From positions 1 to 40,115 of the forward strand of contig CAVTBV010000015.1 in the NCBI GenBank assembly GCA_963733095.1: a DNA stretch of 40,115 bases, written 5' to 3'. Shown piece after piece: positions 9,583 through 20,291 of this stretch (position 1 is the first letter of the stretch; the number at the start of each line of letters is the position of its first letter). Source of the DNA: Candidatus Bathyarchaeota archaeon. GTDB lineage: Archaea; Thermoproteota; Bathyarchaeia; Bathyarchaeales; Bathycorpusculaceae. Under the pieces are notes generated by a model, which was not told the origin of the DNA, did not search any database, and was given only the letters and a program-made list of their open reading frames with translations. A program made the translations under genes and the position numbers.

Positions 9583-9933
9583 TTAGACTAAGAGGATTAC
9601 GAGGTTGTTTATGATGGTAATTGTAAGTAGAATTGTTAAGCCTGCATAGGTTCCCTTTATTAAACTGCTTGAATACTTGAAGGCTTTAGTGGTTTTATCC
9701 ATCGCTTTGTTCAAGATTCTTTTCGCTAAGATATATGTAAAACCGATTAAAAACGACGCGGAAATCTTTAAGGCTAAAAACGCCACGATGTTTGTGCTCA
9801 CCAAGCCTGTCAAGAAGGGGTTCAGCTCGGCAGCGCCAAAATATGTCACACCTATAACGGTGGTTACGCAGTCGATAGAACCCAGTAAGATAATAAAGAG
9901 GCTTGGAAGCACCTCTGACTTTGTCCTAAACAT
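9583..9933 (-). CDS. Small membrane protein, DUF5658-like
   Basis: D..TT..G....GA.ELNP motif; 3 TM segments. Confidence 0.75.
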   Translation of the reverse strand: MFRTKSEVLPSLFIILLGSIDCVTTVIGVTYFGAAELNPFLTGLVSTNIVAFLALKISASFLIGFTYILAKRILNKAMDKTTKAFKYSSSLIKGTYAGLTILLTITIINNLVILLV

Positions 9934-10220
9934 GAAGCCTTCTCCTTTTCCCTGCTTCTCCTTCCTCTCAAACGCAGTTTGTTTTTAGGGCTTAAGAATC
10001 AGATTGCCAAACTCGATATATGCCAAAAAACAGACAGTAAGCTCTCTTTACCGAGCCCTACTGCTAAATATTAATAATATATATTCTCACTTAAACATTT
10101 TGACTTTTCAAAGTTGCCGACTTTTTTGTGCATTCCGGGTTATTGAAGGTAAAAAGGCAACGGTTTATCCGCATAAGCCTTATATTTTAATGTTCAACTC
10201 TTTTGCTGAAGGCTTTATGC

Positions 10221-11294
10221 ATGCACAAGAAACTCTTGATTCCTGGTCCAACCGAAGTAAGTAAGGAAATGCTCAACGAACAAACTCACTACCTAATAGG
10301 CCATAGAGAAAAAGAGTTCGCTGAACTATACGGCGGAATAACCGACAAACTCGCCAAGTTCTTCCAACTTTCCGCCGATTGCCAACCTACAGTTACCACT
10401 TCCTCGGGCACTTTGTGGTTTGACATAATCGGCCGAAGTATAGTAAAACAGAAAGCCCTCGCATGCGTTAACGGCGCTTTCTCTCAGCGGGCAGCCCAAA
10501 CGCTGAAGGCATGCGGCAAAGAAACAGACATTTTGGAAGTGGAAATGGGCAAAGCAATCAAGCCAGACATGGTTGCAGAGAAGCTAGCAAGTGACAAATA
10601 TGACACTTTGACTATTTGCCATAACGAAACCTCCACGGGAGTTCGGAATCCCATATCTGAAATCGGAAAAATGGTCAAAGCAGAACATCCTGATGTCATC
10701 TTTGCCGTGGATGCAGTCTCATCGATGGCGGGCGACAAAACCTTGCCCTCAGATTTCCAATGTGACATAATTTTTGGCTCTACCCAAAAATGCTTTGCAC
10801 TGCCACCTGGTTTAGCAATAGCATTAGTTTCAGATAAAGCCATTGAACGGGCAAAGCAGGTTCCAAACAGAGGCGCCTACACAGACTTAGTGGACATTTT
10901 CGAGTTTGAAAAGAAACACCAAACCCCCTTCACACCAAACATTTCCCTATTATATGCTCTTAATAGACGTATAGACTTGCTGCTGGAAGAAACCTACGAC
11001 AAAGTCTACGAGCGCCACAAGGATATGGCGACATACACGCAGCAGTGGGCAAAGAAACACTTTGCAATGTTTCCAGAGGCGGGCTATGAATCCATAACAG
11101 TCAGCTGCATAGAGAACACCCAGAACAGAAACGTCAAGGAACTCAATCAAAAACTCAGCGAAAAAGGATTTCTGATTTCTGGAGGCTATGGTAAGATGGC
11201 TGAGAAAACCTTCCGCATTGGACACATGGGCGAATGGAACCTAGCAGGAATCAAGGAAGTCATTGGTTTAATTGATCAGATTTGGGGACTTTAA
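10221..11294 (+). CDS. Class V PLP aminotransferase (alanine-glyoxylate/phosphoserine type)
   Basis: LIPGPT, HNETSTG, VDAVSS, STQKCFALPPG, FRIGHMG. Confidence 0.93.
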   Translation: MHKKLLIPGPTEVSKEMLNEQTHYLIGHREKEFAELYGGITDKLAKFFQLSADCQPTVTTSSGTLWFDIIGRSIVKQKALACVNGAFSQRAAQTLKACGKETDILEVEMGKAIKPDMVAEKLASDKYDTLTICHNETSTGVRNPISEIGKMVKAEHPDVIFAVDAVSSMAGDKTLPSDFQCDIIFGSTQKCFALPPGLAIALVSDKAIERAKQVPNRGAYTDLVDIFEFEKKHQTPFTPNISLLYALNRRIDLLLEETYDKVYERHKDMATYTQQWAKKHFAMFPEAGYESITVSCIENTQNRNVKELNQKLSEKGFLISGGYGKMAEKTFRIGHMGEWNLAGIKEVIGLIDQIWGL

Positions 11295-12197
11295 GTGACC
11301 ATTAAGATTCTTATCAGCGATAAAATATTTGATGATGGCATAAAGCTTCTTGAAGAAAAAGGCTACCAAGTCACGCGAGCGTGGGATTCGCCGAAGGCTG
11401 AGTTGCCAAAAATTATCGCAGACTATGACGTGTTAATCGTTCGGTCAGCCACCAAAGTCAAGGGCGAACTCCTCGACAACGCTAAAAAACTTCGCGTCAT
11501 AGGGCGTGCGGGGGAAGGCTTAGATAATGTGGATTTTGAAAGAACAAAAGCCTTGGGTATTGCTCTTGTGAACACGCCCCACGTTTCTTACATGAGCGTT
11601 GCAGAACTAACCATAGGTCACATGTTGGCGTTGGCGAGGAGCATCGTACAGGGAACGACTAGCCTACGTGAGGGTAAATGGGAAAAAGAAGAATTGATGG
11701 GTTATGAACTTAACGGCAAAGCCTTGGGCGTTATCGGCTGCGGCTACATCGGTAAGACCGTTGAGCGCTTAGCCTTCGCTTTAGGCATGAAGGTGTTGCC
11801 AGTGGAAGAATGCGTCCATGATAGATTCGTGCCATTGGGCGAGATGTTGCCCCAAGCTGATTTCATCACAATCCACGTCCCCCTAACACCCCACACACGC
11901 CATATGATATCCACAAAAGAATTCAACCTCATGAAAACAGGTGTTATGCTAGTCGACTGTTCCCGAGGCGGCGTAGTAGACCAAGAAGCCCTCTACCAAG
12001 CGCTCGTTTCAGGCAAAGTCGCCGGTGCCGCACTCGACGTTTTTGAGGAGGAACCGCCCAAAAACAGTAAACTGCTCACCTTAAACAACGTTATCGCTAC
12101 CCCGCATATGGGTGCGCAAACGCATGAAGCCCAATTTAAGGCAAGCATCCAAATAGCTAAAGCCGTTATCGAAGCGCTGGAGAAGTCTGTGAGCTGA
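11295..12197 (+). CDS. serA: D-3-phosphoglycerate dehydrogenase / D-2-hydroxyacid dehydrogenase
   Basis: VRSATKV, RAGEGLDNVD, GCGYIG, SRGG, LDVFEEEP, TPHMGAQT. Confidence 0.88.
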   Translation: MTIKILISDKIFDDGIKLLEEKGYQVTRAWDSPKAELPKIIADYDVLIVRSATKVKGELLDNAKKLRVIGRAGEGLDNVDFERTKALGIALVNTPHVSYMSVAELTIGHMLALARSIVQGTTSLREGKWEKEELMGYELNGKALGVIGCGYIGKTVERLAFALGMKVLPVEECVHDRFVPLGEMLPQADFITIHVPLTPHTRHMISTKEFNLMKTGVMLVDCSRGGVVDQEALYQALVSGKVAGAALDVFEEEPPKNSKLLTLNNVIATPHMGAQTHEAQFKASIQIAKAVIEALEKSVS

Positions 12198-12202
12198 AAC
12201 GT

Positions 12203-13480
12203 TTGGTTGACGTTAGACCCTTCAAAGCCATACGCTACACCCAAAAAGCAGGCAACGCGGAAGATTTGATAACGCAGCCCTACGACAAAATCGACCCGCA
12301 AATGCAGAAAGAATACTACGCAAAGTCCCCCTATAACTATTGCCGCTTAATCTTACCGCTCGAACAAAACAAATACGAAGTCGCCAACCAACGCATCGGG
12401 CAGTGGCTAAAAGAGGGCGTATTGGCAAGAGAAACTCAACCCGCAATCTTTGTTTCACGTCAAGAATTCACCTTAGACAGCAAAAAATATGCCCGCACAG
12501 GAATCATTGCTGCAATGCGGCTCTACCCATACAGCGAAAACATAGTTTTTCCACATGAAGCCACCTACAAAGCACCCAAAGCTGACCGCTTAAACATGTT
12601 GCGCACGGTTCAGAAAGACCTTGAACCCCTCTTCTTGATATATCAGGACCAAGAAAAGAAAACAATTGCTTTCCTCGAAGAAACCACAAAAACTGTGCCT
12701 GTAGTCCAAGTTACTGACGCTTTGAATGTTAGACATACAGTCTGGAAGGTAACTGACCCCGAAAAAATCAAAACTCTCCAAGGTGTCTTGGGCGCCAAGA
12801 CGACGGTGATAACTGATGGTCACCACCGCTACGAGAGCGCCTTAGCTTACCGCGACGAAGTGCGGAGCAAAGGCAACTGGACAGAGGATTCCGCGTTCAA
12901 CTTCCATATGTCCTATCTGGTGCCCGTTGAGGAAGAAGGACTTGTCGTGTTGCCAACTCACAGGTTGCTGAAAGATTACCAGTTGACGGACGATTTGTTG
13001 CAGGTCTTCAAGTTTTTCTTTGACATCCAAGACGTTGAACCCAACGTTTACGGATTAGAAAATTTTCTAAAGAACCATGCAGATGAACATGCCTTCTGCA
13101 TCTACGCAGGCTCAAAAGCCTACGGTTTAATATTAAAGCATGACAAAGCTGTCTATGAATTCGTGAACGCTAACGTATCAAAGGAAACCAAAATCTTTGA
13201 CGTAGTTATCTTGCGTGATATAGTTTTCAGGTTCATCCTTAAGACTGGCGAATTAAACATCGATGATACCATTCTCTACGTGCGCTGGACCAAAGCCGCC
13301 GTCGAGAAAGTCGACAGCGGAGAGGCCAGCATCGCATTTTTAGTTAACCCTATTAGTGCAAAAAAAGTTGCAGAAATAGCGCAACAACACGAACTCTTAC
13401 CTGAGAAAAGTACAGATTTTTATCCTAAGCTAGTTTCGGGTTTTATGATGATGGATATTTCTGCTAGCGAAAAGCTCTAA
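12203..13480 (+). CDS. DUF1015 family protein
   Basis: V.PFKAIRY, PYD, PHE.T....K.DRL, DGHHRY, PTHR, P.KST.FYPK motifs. Confidence 0.9.
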   Translation: MVDVRPFKAIRYTQKAGNAEDLITQPYDKIDPQMQKEYYAKSPYNYCRLILPLEQNKYEVANQRIGQWLKEGVLARETQPAIFVSRQEFTLDSKKYARTGIIAAMRLYPYSENIVFPHEATYKAPKADRLNMLRTVQKDLEPLFLIYQDQEKKTIAFLEETTKTVPVVQVTDALNVRHTVWKVTDPEKIKTLQGVLGAKTTVITDGHHRYESALAYRDEVRSKGNWTEDSAFNFHMSYLVPVEEEGLVVLPTHRLLKDYQLTDDLLQVFKFFFDIQDVEPNVYGLENFLKNHADEHAFCIYAGSKAYGLILKHDKAVYEFVNANVSKETKIFDVVILRDIVFRFILKTGELNIDDTILYVRWTKAAVEKVDSGEASIAFLVNPISAKKVAEIAQQHELLPEKSTDFYPKLVSGFMMMDISASEKL

Positions 13481-13576
13481 GCCATGTTTTATGTTTTAGC
13501 GCATTCTTGATGGAAACCATTATTAAGCGATTGAAAGAAAGCTCTGGGCTATTAGATAAAACAAGAGGAAAGAAAA

Positions 13577-14290
13577 ATGACTGTGTCTGAAAAAATTTCT
13601 GTACCAACTCAAATTACACCCATAAAACGATATCTTGCTGAATTGATTGGAACTATGGTGCTGGTGCTGATGGGCTGCGGCGCCGCGGTCATCGCAGGTT
13701 ACGCTGTTGGATACGTGGGAATAGCTTTTGCTTTTGGTCTTGCTGTGCTGGTGATGGTTTATACAATAGGTGGGGTCTCTGGCTGCCACATTAACCCAGC
13801 AATCTCCATATCAATGTTTGTTGCTGGAAAAATAAGTGCAAAAGACACAGCGCTATACGTTGTCTTTCAATGTGTAGGCGCAATAATTGGGGCAGGCATT
13901 CTCTACGGTATAGCTGTTGGAAGCCCAACATATAGTTTAGCTCTAAATGGCTTAGGACAAAATGGTTATGGAATTGCTTCTCCAGCAAATTATTCCTTGA
14001 CATCCGCATTAATTGCAGAAATAGTCTTTACCTTCATATTCGTGCTCGTTGTCCACGGCTCAACACATGAGCGAGTGCCTAAGGGATTCGCAGGCTTAGC
14101 CATAGGCTTAACTTTAGTTCTTATCCACATTGTCGCGATACCCATCGATGGTACATCCGTGAATCCAGCTAGAAGTTTAGGACCCGCGCTCTTTGTCGGC
14201 GGCACAGCACTAAATCAACTTTGGCTCTTCATTGTCGCTCCAATAATTGGCGGAATCTTGGCGGCTGTTGTTTGGAAAATCTTTAAATAA
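13577..14290 (+). CDS. aqpZ: Aquaporin Z (MIP family)
   Basis: SGCHINPA and SVNPARS NPA motifs; LGQNGYG. Confidence 0.93.
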   Translation: MTVSEKISVPTQITPIKRYLAELIGTMVLVLMGCGAAVIAGYAVGYVGIAFAFGLAVLVMVYTIGGVSGCHINPAISISMFVAGKISAKDTALYVVFQCVGAIIGAGILYGIAVGSPTYSLALNGLGQNGYGIASPANYSLTSALIAEIVFTFIFVLVVHGSTHERVPKGFAGLAIGLTLVLIHIVAIPIDGTSVNPARSLGPALFVGGTALNQLWLFIVAPIIGGILAAVVWKIFK

Positions 14291-14330
14291 ACTTAGAATA
14301 GCCTTTTTTCTTTATTCTTTTCAAAAAAAA

Positions 14331-14477
14331 TTATTTGATGAATTTTGTTGCGTGACGTTTGAAACGTTTCTTGCAGACAAGGCTACAGAAATAGTATGTT
14401 TCGCCATCATAAGAAATCTTGAATTTTGCTGTATTCTCGTCTAGAACCATTCCGCAAACAGGATCTCGCATTGACAT
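14331..14477 (-). CDS. YHS/TRASH metal-binding domain protein (48 aa), not in ORF track
   Basis: MSMRDPVCGMVLDENTAKFKISYDGETYYFCSLVCKKRFKRHATKFIK; possible in-frame GTG start at 14501. Confidence 0.88.
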   Translation of the reverse strand: MSMRDPVCGMVLDENTAKFKISYDGETYYFCSLVCKKRFKRHATKFIK

Positions 14478-14886
14478 TACTTGTAGGTAACCCTCATCCA
14501 CAAGATTCTCCTATCTGCCTATTATGGTTAGTGGTAGCGCAAGCTAAAAGCAACAATATTACTGAACACAAAAGGCTATCTTCCGTCATTTAAAGGGCAA
14601 TTTATGTTTACTTGAAAAACTTAGCGCTTCATGAGTGCCCCCTATAGAAAGAAAGCGATAACGGCTGAAGGCTATGGTGTTCAAGTAGAGTTTTCTTGTT
14701 GTGCGAAATGTTGTCGCTTCCTTTTCTTTAATCGAGGCAAACGTTGGTTTGTAGTGTCTTCTAAACGAAGGTATTTGGATAATACTTAACTGAATTAGAA
14801 ACTTGTCTAACGTCAAGGTTTGTTTCTTCAACAGTTTAAAGGTTTAAATCTACAAGCCAAATAATAGACCCATTCAGGTTTTCGCA

Positions 14887-15240
14887 TTGGAAACAAAAAA
14901 CGTTAACACCGCTTCTGAAAAAACTTACATGCTTGTTATACGGATAGCCAGTTTTCATGGAAATAAACCGATCAAGAGTCTTAACATCAAGGTTTTCATG
15001 TTGGAAAAGGCATCAATAACTCTCCAGCAATGGACTGAAAACCTCAAGAATGGAACTCCATTTAAGAGGTTGGTACTTTCCATGACTACTGATAACAATG
15101 GCTTGGTAACTGCTGAACTTGGAGCTGGGTCCTATGAAGTGGTAGTCGAAAAGTACGGATTAAAAAGGGCTTGCGAATTAACTAAAGATGAGACTATTAT
15201 TCTTAATGCGCCAAAAATGCGTTGGTGGCAAGAATCTTAG
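14887..15240 (+). CDS. Hypothetical protein (prealbumin/Ig-like fold)
   Basis: TTDNNG....L..GSYEV pattern. Confidence 0.6.
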   Translation: METKNVNTASEKTYMLVIRIASFHGNKPIKSLNIKVFMLEKASITLQQWTENLKNGTPFKRLVLSMTTDNNGLVTAELGAGSYEVVVEKYGLKRACELTKDETIILNAPKMRWWQES

Positions 15241-15303
15241 TTTTTTTCTTAAGAAAGGTAAAGGGTTGAACTTAATTATTTGCTTCCTTTTAGGTTGAGC
15301 TGA

Positions 15304-15567
15304 TTAGTCGTCTTCGGCGTCTTCTTTTGCTAACTCAACTGAAACTGAGTCATCGTGGCTAACTGCGTTTTTGCGGGTTACTTTTTTGCTCGGGTCTGCT
15401 TGTTCTCGTCCATCCATAAATCCTTCTTCAGCGGCTGTGATTTCGTCGTCTTCGAGCATTTCTTCTCTTTCTTGTGAGTTGTATATGTCTTCCGTCTCTT
15501 CTTCTATGTCAGGTTTGGGGTTTCCGGTGTAGAAGTGTGGTTGAGGCTTTTTTTTGGCTTTACTCAT
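15304..15567 (-). CDS. Acidic hypothetical protein
   Basis: EDIY....REEMLEDDEITAAEEGFM.G; ATG 15567 preceded by GGAGA. Confidence 0.75.
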   Translation of the reverse strand: MSKAKKKPQPHFYTGNPKPDIEEETEDIYNSQEREEMLEDDEITAAEEGFMDGREQADPSKKVTRKNAVSHDDSVSVELAKEDAEDD

Positions 15568-15952
15568 TCGATTTATCTCCATTTTAAGCGTTCGAGCTAA
15601 TGTTTAGTCTGATTCAACTTGTGCCTTATATGGCTTTTATTACTATGTGATTGCGAGTTGACAGTCACAAACCTGGAAGAAATTGTTTGCTTAACTGCTG
15701 AAACCAAATATGTGATGTTTTCACTCAAGCTACAGTTTTTATGTTTTTAATTCTTTTGATTGCCAAAATAATATAATTAGGGGAAAATTCGGGTTTTTTT
15801 GGTGTCAAACTATTTGGTTTCTTAAAAAACCTTCATCTTTGCCTGTCCTTTGCCTGAAATCCTGCTAAACCTTTTTATACGCGCCGACACATTTTTGGGC
15901 TTGTCACATTAATCATGCTATCACCAAAGCTTCTGAAGCTTTTAGAGACATC

Positions 15953-17143
15953 ATGAAAAATCCTGTGGCAGAAGAAACAAAAAGTATGCAAATTCAATCA
16001 TTTAAGGACTTGCCATTATCAGGAGAAGTCCTAAGAAGTATAGCAGAACTCGGGTTTGATAGTCTTTTTCCAATTCAAGCTCAAGCAATAATTCCACTAC
16101 TCGAAGGCAAAGACGTCATCGGGCAAGCACAAACCGGAACAGGAAAAACAGCCGCTTTCGGCGTACCCATGGTTCAACGTTTAAACCGTGAAATCCGCGG
16201 AGTTCAAGGACTAATTTTGGTTCCAACCCGCGAATTAGCCGTACAAGTAGCAGAACAAATGGCGCTTTTCTCAAAATACGCTAAACTGAAGGTTTTAGCT
16301 GTTTACGGTGGAGAATCCATCAACAAGCAAATTCACGCATTATCCAGCGGAGTCCACATCGTTGTCGGTACTCCTGGAAGGTTAATCGACCTTATGGAAA
16401 GGCGCGTTCTAAACCTCTCATGCGTGAAGATTGTTGTTCTTGATGAGGCTGACCGCATGCTAGACATGGGTTTCACCGAGGACGTTGAGTATATTCTCTC
16501 AAAAACTCCCCGCGACAGGCAAACGAGCCTTTTCAGTGCAACCATGGAACAATCAGTCATGCGCGTTTGCAACAAGTACATGAAGAACCCGGAGAAAATC
16601 CTCGTCAGCAAAGACGAAATTGCATTAACCCAGATGAAACAGTTCTACACTATCGTCAACCAAAACGGCAAATTCGGGGCACTCTGCGACATCCTACACG
16701 ATGACCGCGTCGACAAAGCCATCATTTTCTGCCGAACCCGCCGCGAAACCAGTCGCCTCTCCGACCAACTCTACCGCAAAGGCTGCCGCGTACAAGCGCT
16801 CCACGCAGGCTTCACACAAGCACAGCGCGACCGTGCAATCAACGACTTCAAAGCAGGCCGATTAAACCTACTCGTAGCAACCGACGTTGCAGCAAGAGGC
16901 TTAGACATCGGAGGCATCACCCACATAATCAACTACGACGTACCAAATGATGCACCAGTTTACTTCCACCGCATAGGCAGAACTGCACGCAAAGGCGAAG
17001 AAGGCACCGCGATAACCTTGGTTAGCTACGGCGAAATGTCAAACTTTAACAACATCAAATCGTTGACCAAAACCAAAATCGAAGAAATCAAGCCAGCATC
17101 CGCTGAACGTACGGAAGAATCGCCAATCCAAAGCTTTTACTAA
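15953..17143 (+). CDS. DEAD-box RNA helicase
   Basis: AQTGTGKT, PTRELA, DEAD, SAT, ARGLD, HRIGRTAR. Confidence 0.96.
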   Translation: MKNPVAEETKSMQIQSFKDLPLSGEVLRSIAELGFDSLFPIQAQAIIPLLEGKDVIGQAQTGTGKTAAFGVPMVQRLNREIRGVQGLILVPTRELAVQVAEQMALFSKYAKLKVLAVYGGESINKQIHALSSGVHIVVGTPGRLIDLMERRVLNLSCVKIVVLDEADRMLDMGFTEDVEYILSKTPRDRQTSLFSATMEQSVMRVCNKYMKNPEKILVSKDEIALTQMKQFYTIVNQNGKFGALCDILHDDRVDKAIIFCRTRRETSRLSDQLYRKGCRVQALHAGFTQAQRDRAINDFKAGRLNLLVATDVAARGLDIGGITHIINYDVPNDAPVYFHRIGRTARKGEEGTAITLVSYGEMSNFNNIKSLTKTKIEEIKPASAERTEESPIQSFY

Positions 17144-17228
17144 AAAAGCTTATTTTTATTTTCTTTTTTTGTATTTTAAGAGCAAATTCATTAAACCTTA
17201 AAAGAACATCCGCTCTTATTGTAGACCC

Positions 17229-18158
17229 ATGCGTAAGCTCTTAGGCAGCTTTATTCAGGGCTTGGTTGGTTTCACTAATAAAAGCCTAATCAAAAATCTC
17301 CTTATCATCACGCTCTGTATCTTGTTTATCTTTGTCCAAATTTTCTATCCCTTCCAGTATTATGAGTCAGCGCAGAGGCATGCAAATTCGCCTTTTCAAG
17401 TTGGAATCCACTATGTGTACGAACAGGATTCTCTTGACCAAATCTATGGTCAAGTTGCGCAGATTTATGATTTAGGTTTCAAAGCAATACGGATAACACT
17501 TGAATGCAACCCTGATATCTACGACGACCTGCAAAACCAAAAAACAGACACTTTCTTTGCAGCGACCGATAACTACGGGTTAGCCGTGGCATTGGTTATC
17601 CAGAACTTGGATTCGACTGACAAAGTGAACTATTACCTGGATCGCTGGGGAAGCCACCTCAAATACATCCAAGTTATGAATGAACCTGAGGCATCTGCTC
17701 CATGGGCAGTAGGTGCATTATTCTCCGACGACGAAATCATAACCAACTTTGATACGATGTATTCTACCATAGTATCCCATCATCTTCCAGCCCAGCTCTA
17801 CACCAACTTTGGAATCGGCTACATGTTGCGAACCAATTTACCGATTGAGCTCAGCAAAAAACTCGATTTCGTCGGTTTCGATATCTTCATGGATTCCTTC
17901 CTTGTGCTCTCACCACACTTCATAGAAAACCTGCAGAAGATAACCAATCGAGACGTAGTGATAACGGAGTTTGGTATGTCAACCAGCGATAGTCAAACCC
18001 AAAGCGACTTCATCATAAAGGGACTTAACCTCTTCAAGAGCATGGGGCTTCCAGGGTGCTGGTTGGTTTACTGGAATAGTGCCTTTGACAATTATGGGAT
18101 TCGCGGCAGGACCGCGCAACAAGAAGTAGGTGAATGGATTGCTAAAAACGCTAACTGA
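17229..18158 (+). CDS. Membrane-anchored putative glycoside hydrolase (clan GH-A-like TIM barrel)
   Basis: N-terminal TM helix, MNEPE acid/base-like and ITEFG nucleophile-like motifs. Confidence 0.65.
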   Translation: MRKLLGSFIQGLVGFTNKSLIKNLLIITLCILFIFVQIFYPFQYYESAQRHANSPFQVGIHYVYEQDSLDQIYGQVAQIYDLGFKAIRITLECNPDIYDDLQNQKTDTFFAATDNYGLAVALVIQNLDSTDKVNYYLDRWGSHLKYIQVMNEPEASAPWAVGALFSDDEIITNFDTMYSTIVSHHLPAQLYTNFGIGYMLRTNLPIELSKKLDFVGFDIFMDSFLVLSPHFIENLQKITNRDVVITEFGMSTSDSQTQSDFIIKGLNLFKSMGLPGCWLVYWNSAFDNYGIRGRTAQQEVGEWIAKNAN

Positions 18159-18591
18159 AACCCGTGTCTTCAACCATTTCCGAAACATGCGCTTAGTGGA
18201 GAGGCTGCTGATTCAAGGGTTAATTCTAACGATTATCCTGGTCGTTGTTCAAAATGAGTTGGACGGTGCGCAGCAATCCTTTATGTCCTACATGCCTCCC
18301 ATTGGTTTTGCCCTTTTGATGTTCACAACTTACCTTGTTCAACCGCTACTGCTGGGTGTTTTAAACATAGCACTCATAAACACGTTGTTTGGTACCAAAG
18401 GTTGGCAGGTGGGTTTTTGGTTAAACGGCATATTTTTGGTCCTCACATTCTCCACAATCAATCTTATCTTAGAAACCAGCCTAAACTTGTCCTTTACCTC
18501 CATAGCCATAATTGACATTGTTCTATTGGCGTTGCCTTTCGGCTGTATAGCACGTTTCAGCAACGGGGGATGGAAAAAACCCATAGACTAA
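18130..18591 (+). CDS. Four-TM membrane protein
   Basis: Hydrophobic ORF overlapping the previous gene's end; start uncertain. Confidence 0.7.
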   Translation: MNGLLKTLTETRVFNHFRNMRLVERLLIQGLILTIILVVVQNELDGAQQSFMSYMPPIGFALLMFTTYLVQPLLLGVLNIALINTLFGTKGWQVGFWLNGIFLVLTFSTINLILETSLNLSFTSIAIIDIVLLALPFGCIARFSNGGWKKPID

Positions 18592-18793
18592 CTTCTTTGG
18601 TCTCGATAGATTTCCATTCTAGCCCACCCCTCTATCGTTTCAACGTGGAACCTACAAAAGGACCCCTGTGAGATTTCTTGAAATAAATCAAAACAAAAAT
18701 TTGTGGATAGTAAGCGATAAGTAACCTATTTTTATTCGAAATAGCTATTGTGCTAGTAGAAAATAATTATGATCAACTTTTGGAGGTAGTTAG

Positions 18794-20002
18794 TTGCGGC
18801 GAATCATATTTGCAGTTGCTTTTTTGGCGATCATCATCGTAGTAGGCTCTGTTTTTGCCGCAACACAACTTCTAAACAGCCCTTCGACGGTACAGACATC
18901 TGGCTTTCACGTAGGCGTTTCTTTCGGCGGCAGTACCGCAGCTGAAGCCGAACTGCTCATCGATAGGGTAAAAACCTTCACCAACCTCTTTGTTGTGCAG
19001 TCAGGTCCAGTCAGCGTTAACGAAACCGCCATGACCGAAATCGTCAACTATGCGGTCGCCGCCAATTTAGATGTGATTATTTATTTCGGCTTCTTTAACC
19101 CAAACTATACCTGGCAGATTCCCTGGCTCGATTATGCTAAGCAAACATGGGGTAGCCACTTCTTGGGCGTTTACTTATTCGATGAACCAGGCGGCCAAGT
19201 CATAGATGAAAACCAGACAGCTGCCTTTAACCAGCTAAGAACGAGCTTCCCTTACGCCTACTATACGCATCAACCGGGAATTGACCTCGCATTAAACGGG
19301 TCGCTTCCCATGGATAATTCATCTGCAGCATCACACTTCAATTCCATTATAAAAGCAGAATTAGGATTAAACCAGTTGGAAACCCGCCAAATCTCATCCT
19401 TCACCAGCGACTATGCCCTGTACTGGTTTGACTATAAAGGTGGTTATGATAATATCTTCGCTGAGTTGGGCTCAAATCAAAGTGTCAATCAAATGGCTCA
19501 AGCCATGGATTTGGTACGAGGTGCCGCAAGAATGCAGAACAAAACATGGGGAACCATAATAACATGGACCTACAACCAACCCCCCTACTTGGTAAACGGC
19601 ACAGAAATGTACAACCAACTTGTCGAATCCTATAAGGCAGGCGCAGAATACGAAGTCATCTTCGACTATCCCCAAATCCCCGGCAACCCCTACGGCATCC
19701 TAACCGACGACCAGTTTGATGCTCTGGAAAATTTCTGGAATAACCTGAAATCCTTTCAAGTTAACAGCAAACCAAATGTTGCATTTGTGATGCCGCACGA
19801 CTACGGTTGGGGGATGAGGACACAGCAGGACAAGATTTGGGGCATTTGGGCTCCAGACAATACATCAGCACAGATTTGGGACATCAAAGAAAAACTTCTC
19901 GCCCAATACGGCACAGGCTTAGATATCGTGTACGATGATGCCCAATATCCCATTGCAGGGAGAGGTTACGAATATGTTTACTTCTGGAACCAGACAGGAT
20001 AG
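18794..20002 (+). CDS. Secreted/anchored hypothetical protein (possible glycoside-hydrolase-like barrel)
   Basis: Signal anchor, GVYLFDEPGG, SDYALYWFDYK, YGWGMR; GGAGGT SD before TTG. Confidence 0.8.
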   Translation: MRRIIFAVAFLAIIIVVGSVFAATQLLNSPSTVQTSGFHVGVSFGGSTAAEAELLIDRVKTFTNLFVVQSGPVSVNETAMTEIVNYAVAANLDVIIYFGFFNPNYTWQIPWLDYAKQTWGSHFLGVYLFDEPGGQVIDENQTAAFNQLRTSFPYAYYTHQPGIDLALNGSLPMDNSSAASHFNSIIKAELGLNQLETRQISSFTSDYALYWFDYKGGYDNIFAELGSNQSVNQMAQAMDLVRGAARMQNKTWGTIITWTYNQPPYLVNGTEMYNQLVESYKAGAEYEVIFDYPQIPGNPYGILTDDQFDALENFWNNLKSFQVNSKPNVAFVMPHDYGWGMRTQQDKIWGIWAPDNTSAQIWDIKEKLLAQYGTGLDIVYDDAQYPIAGRGYEYVYFWNQTG

Positions 20003-20291
20003 TGACAAAGATGCGTTCTAAAGTAGTCGACTCAGCTAAACACCCACAGATTCGCCGCTTGTAGGCTTTGAAAAATGCATGGCAATAGACTATGAAAAGT
20101 GTAATGACTGTGTAGGTAGTCTAGAGCTTCTGACCAGATTTCCCTAAATTATTTTCAGCGATAGTTGTATAGTGCCAGTTTTATTCTTCGGGCAATGTCA
20201 ATCAATGTACCGCTATGCTAAAATACAATTCAATCATAAGGCACTTTAGTGCTCGACCTGCCTACGGGTCGCATTTACTGAGGAATTTATT

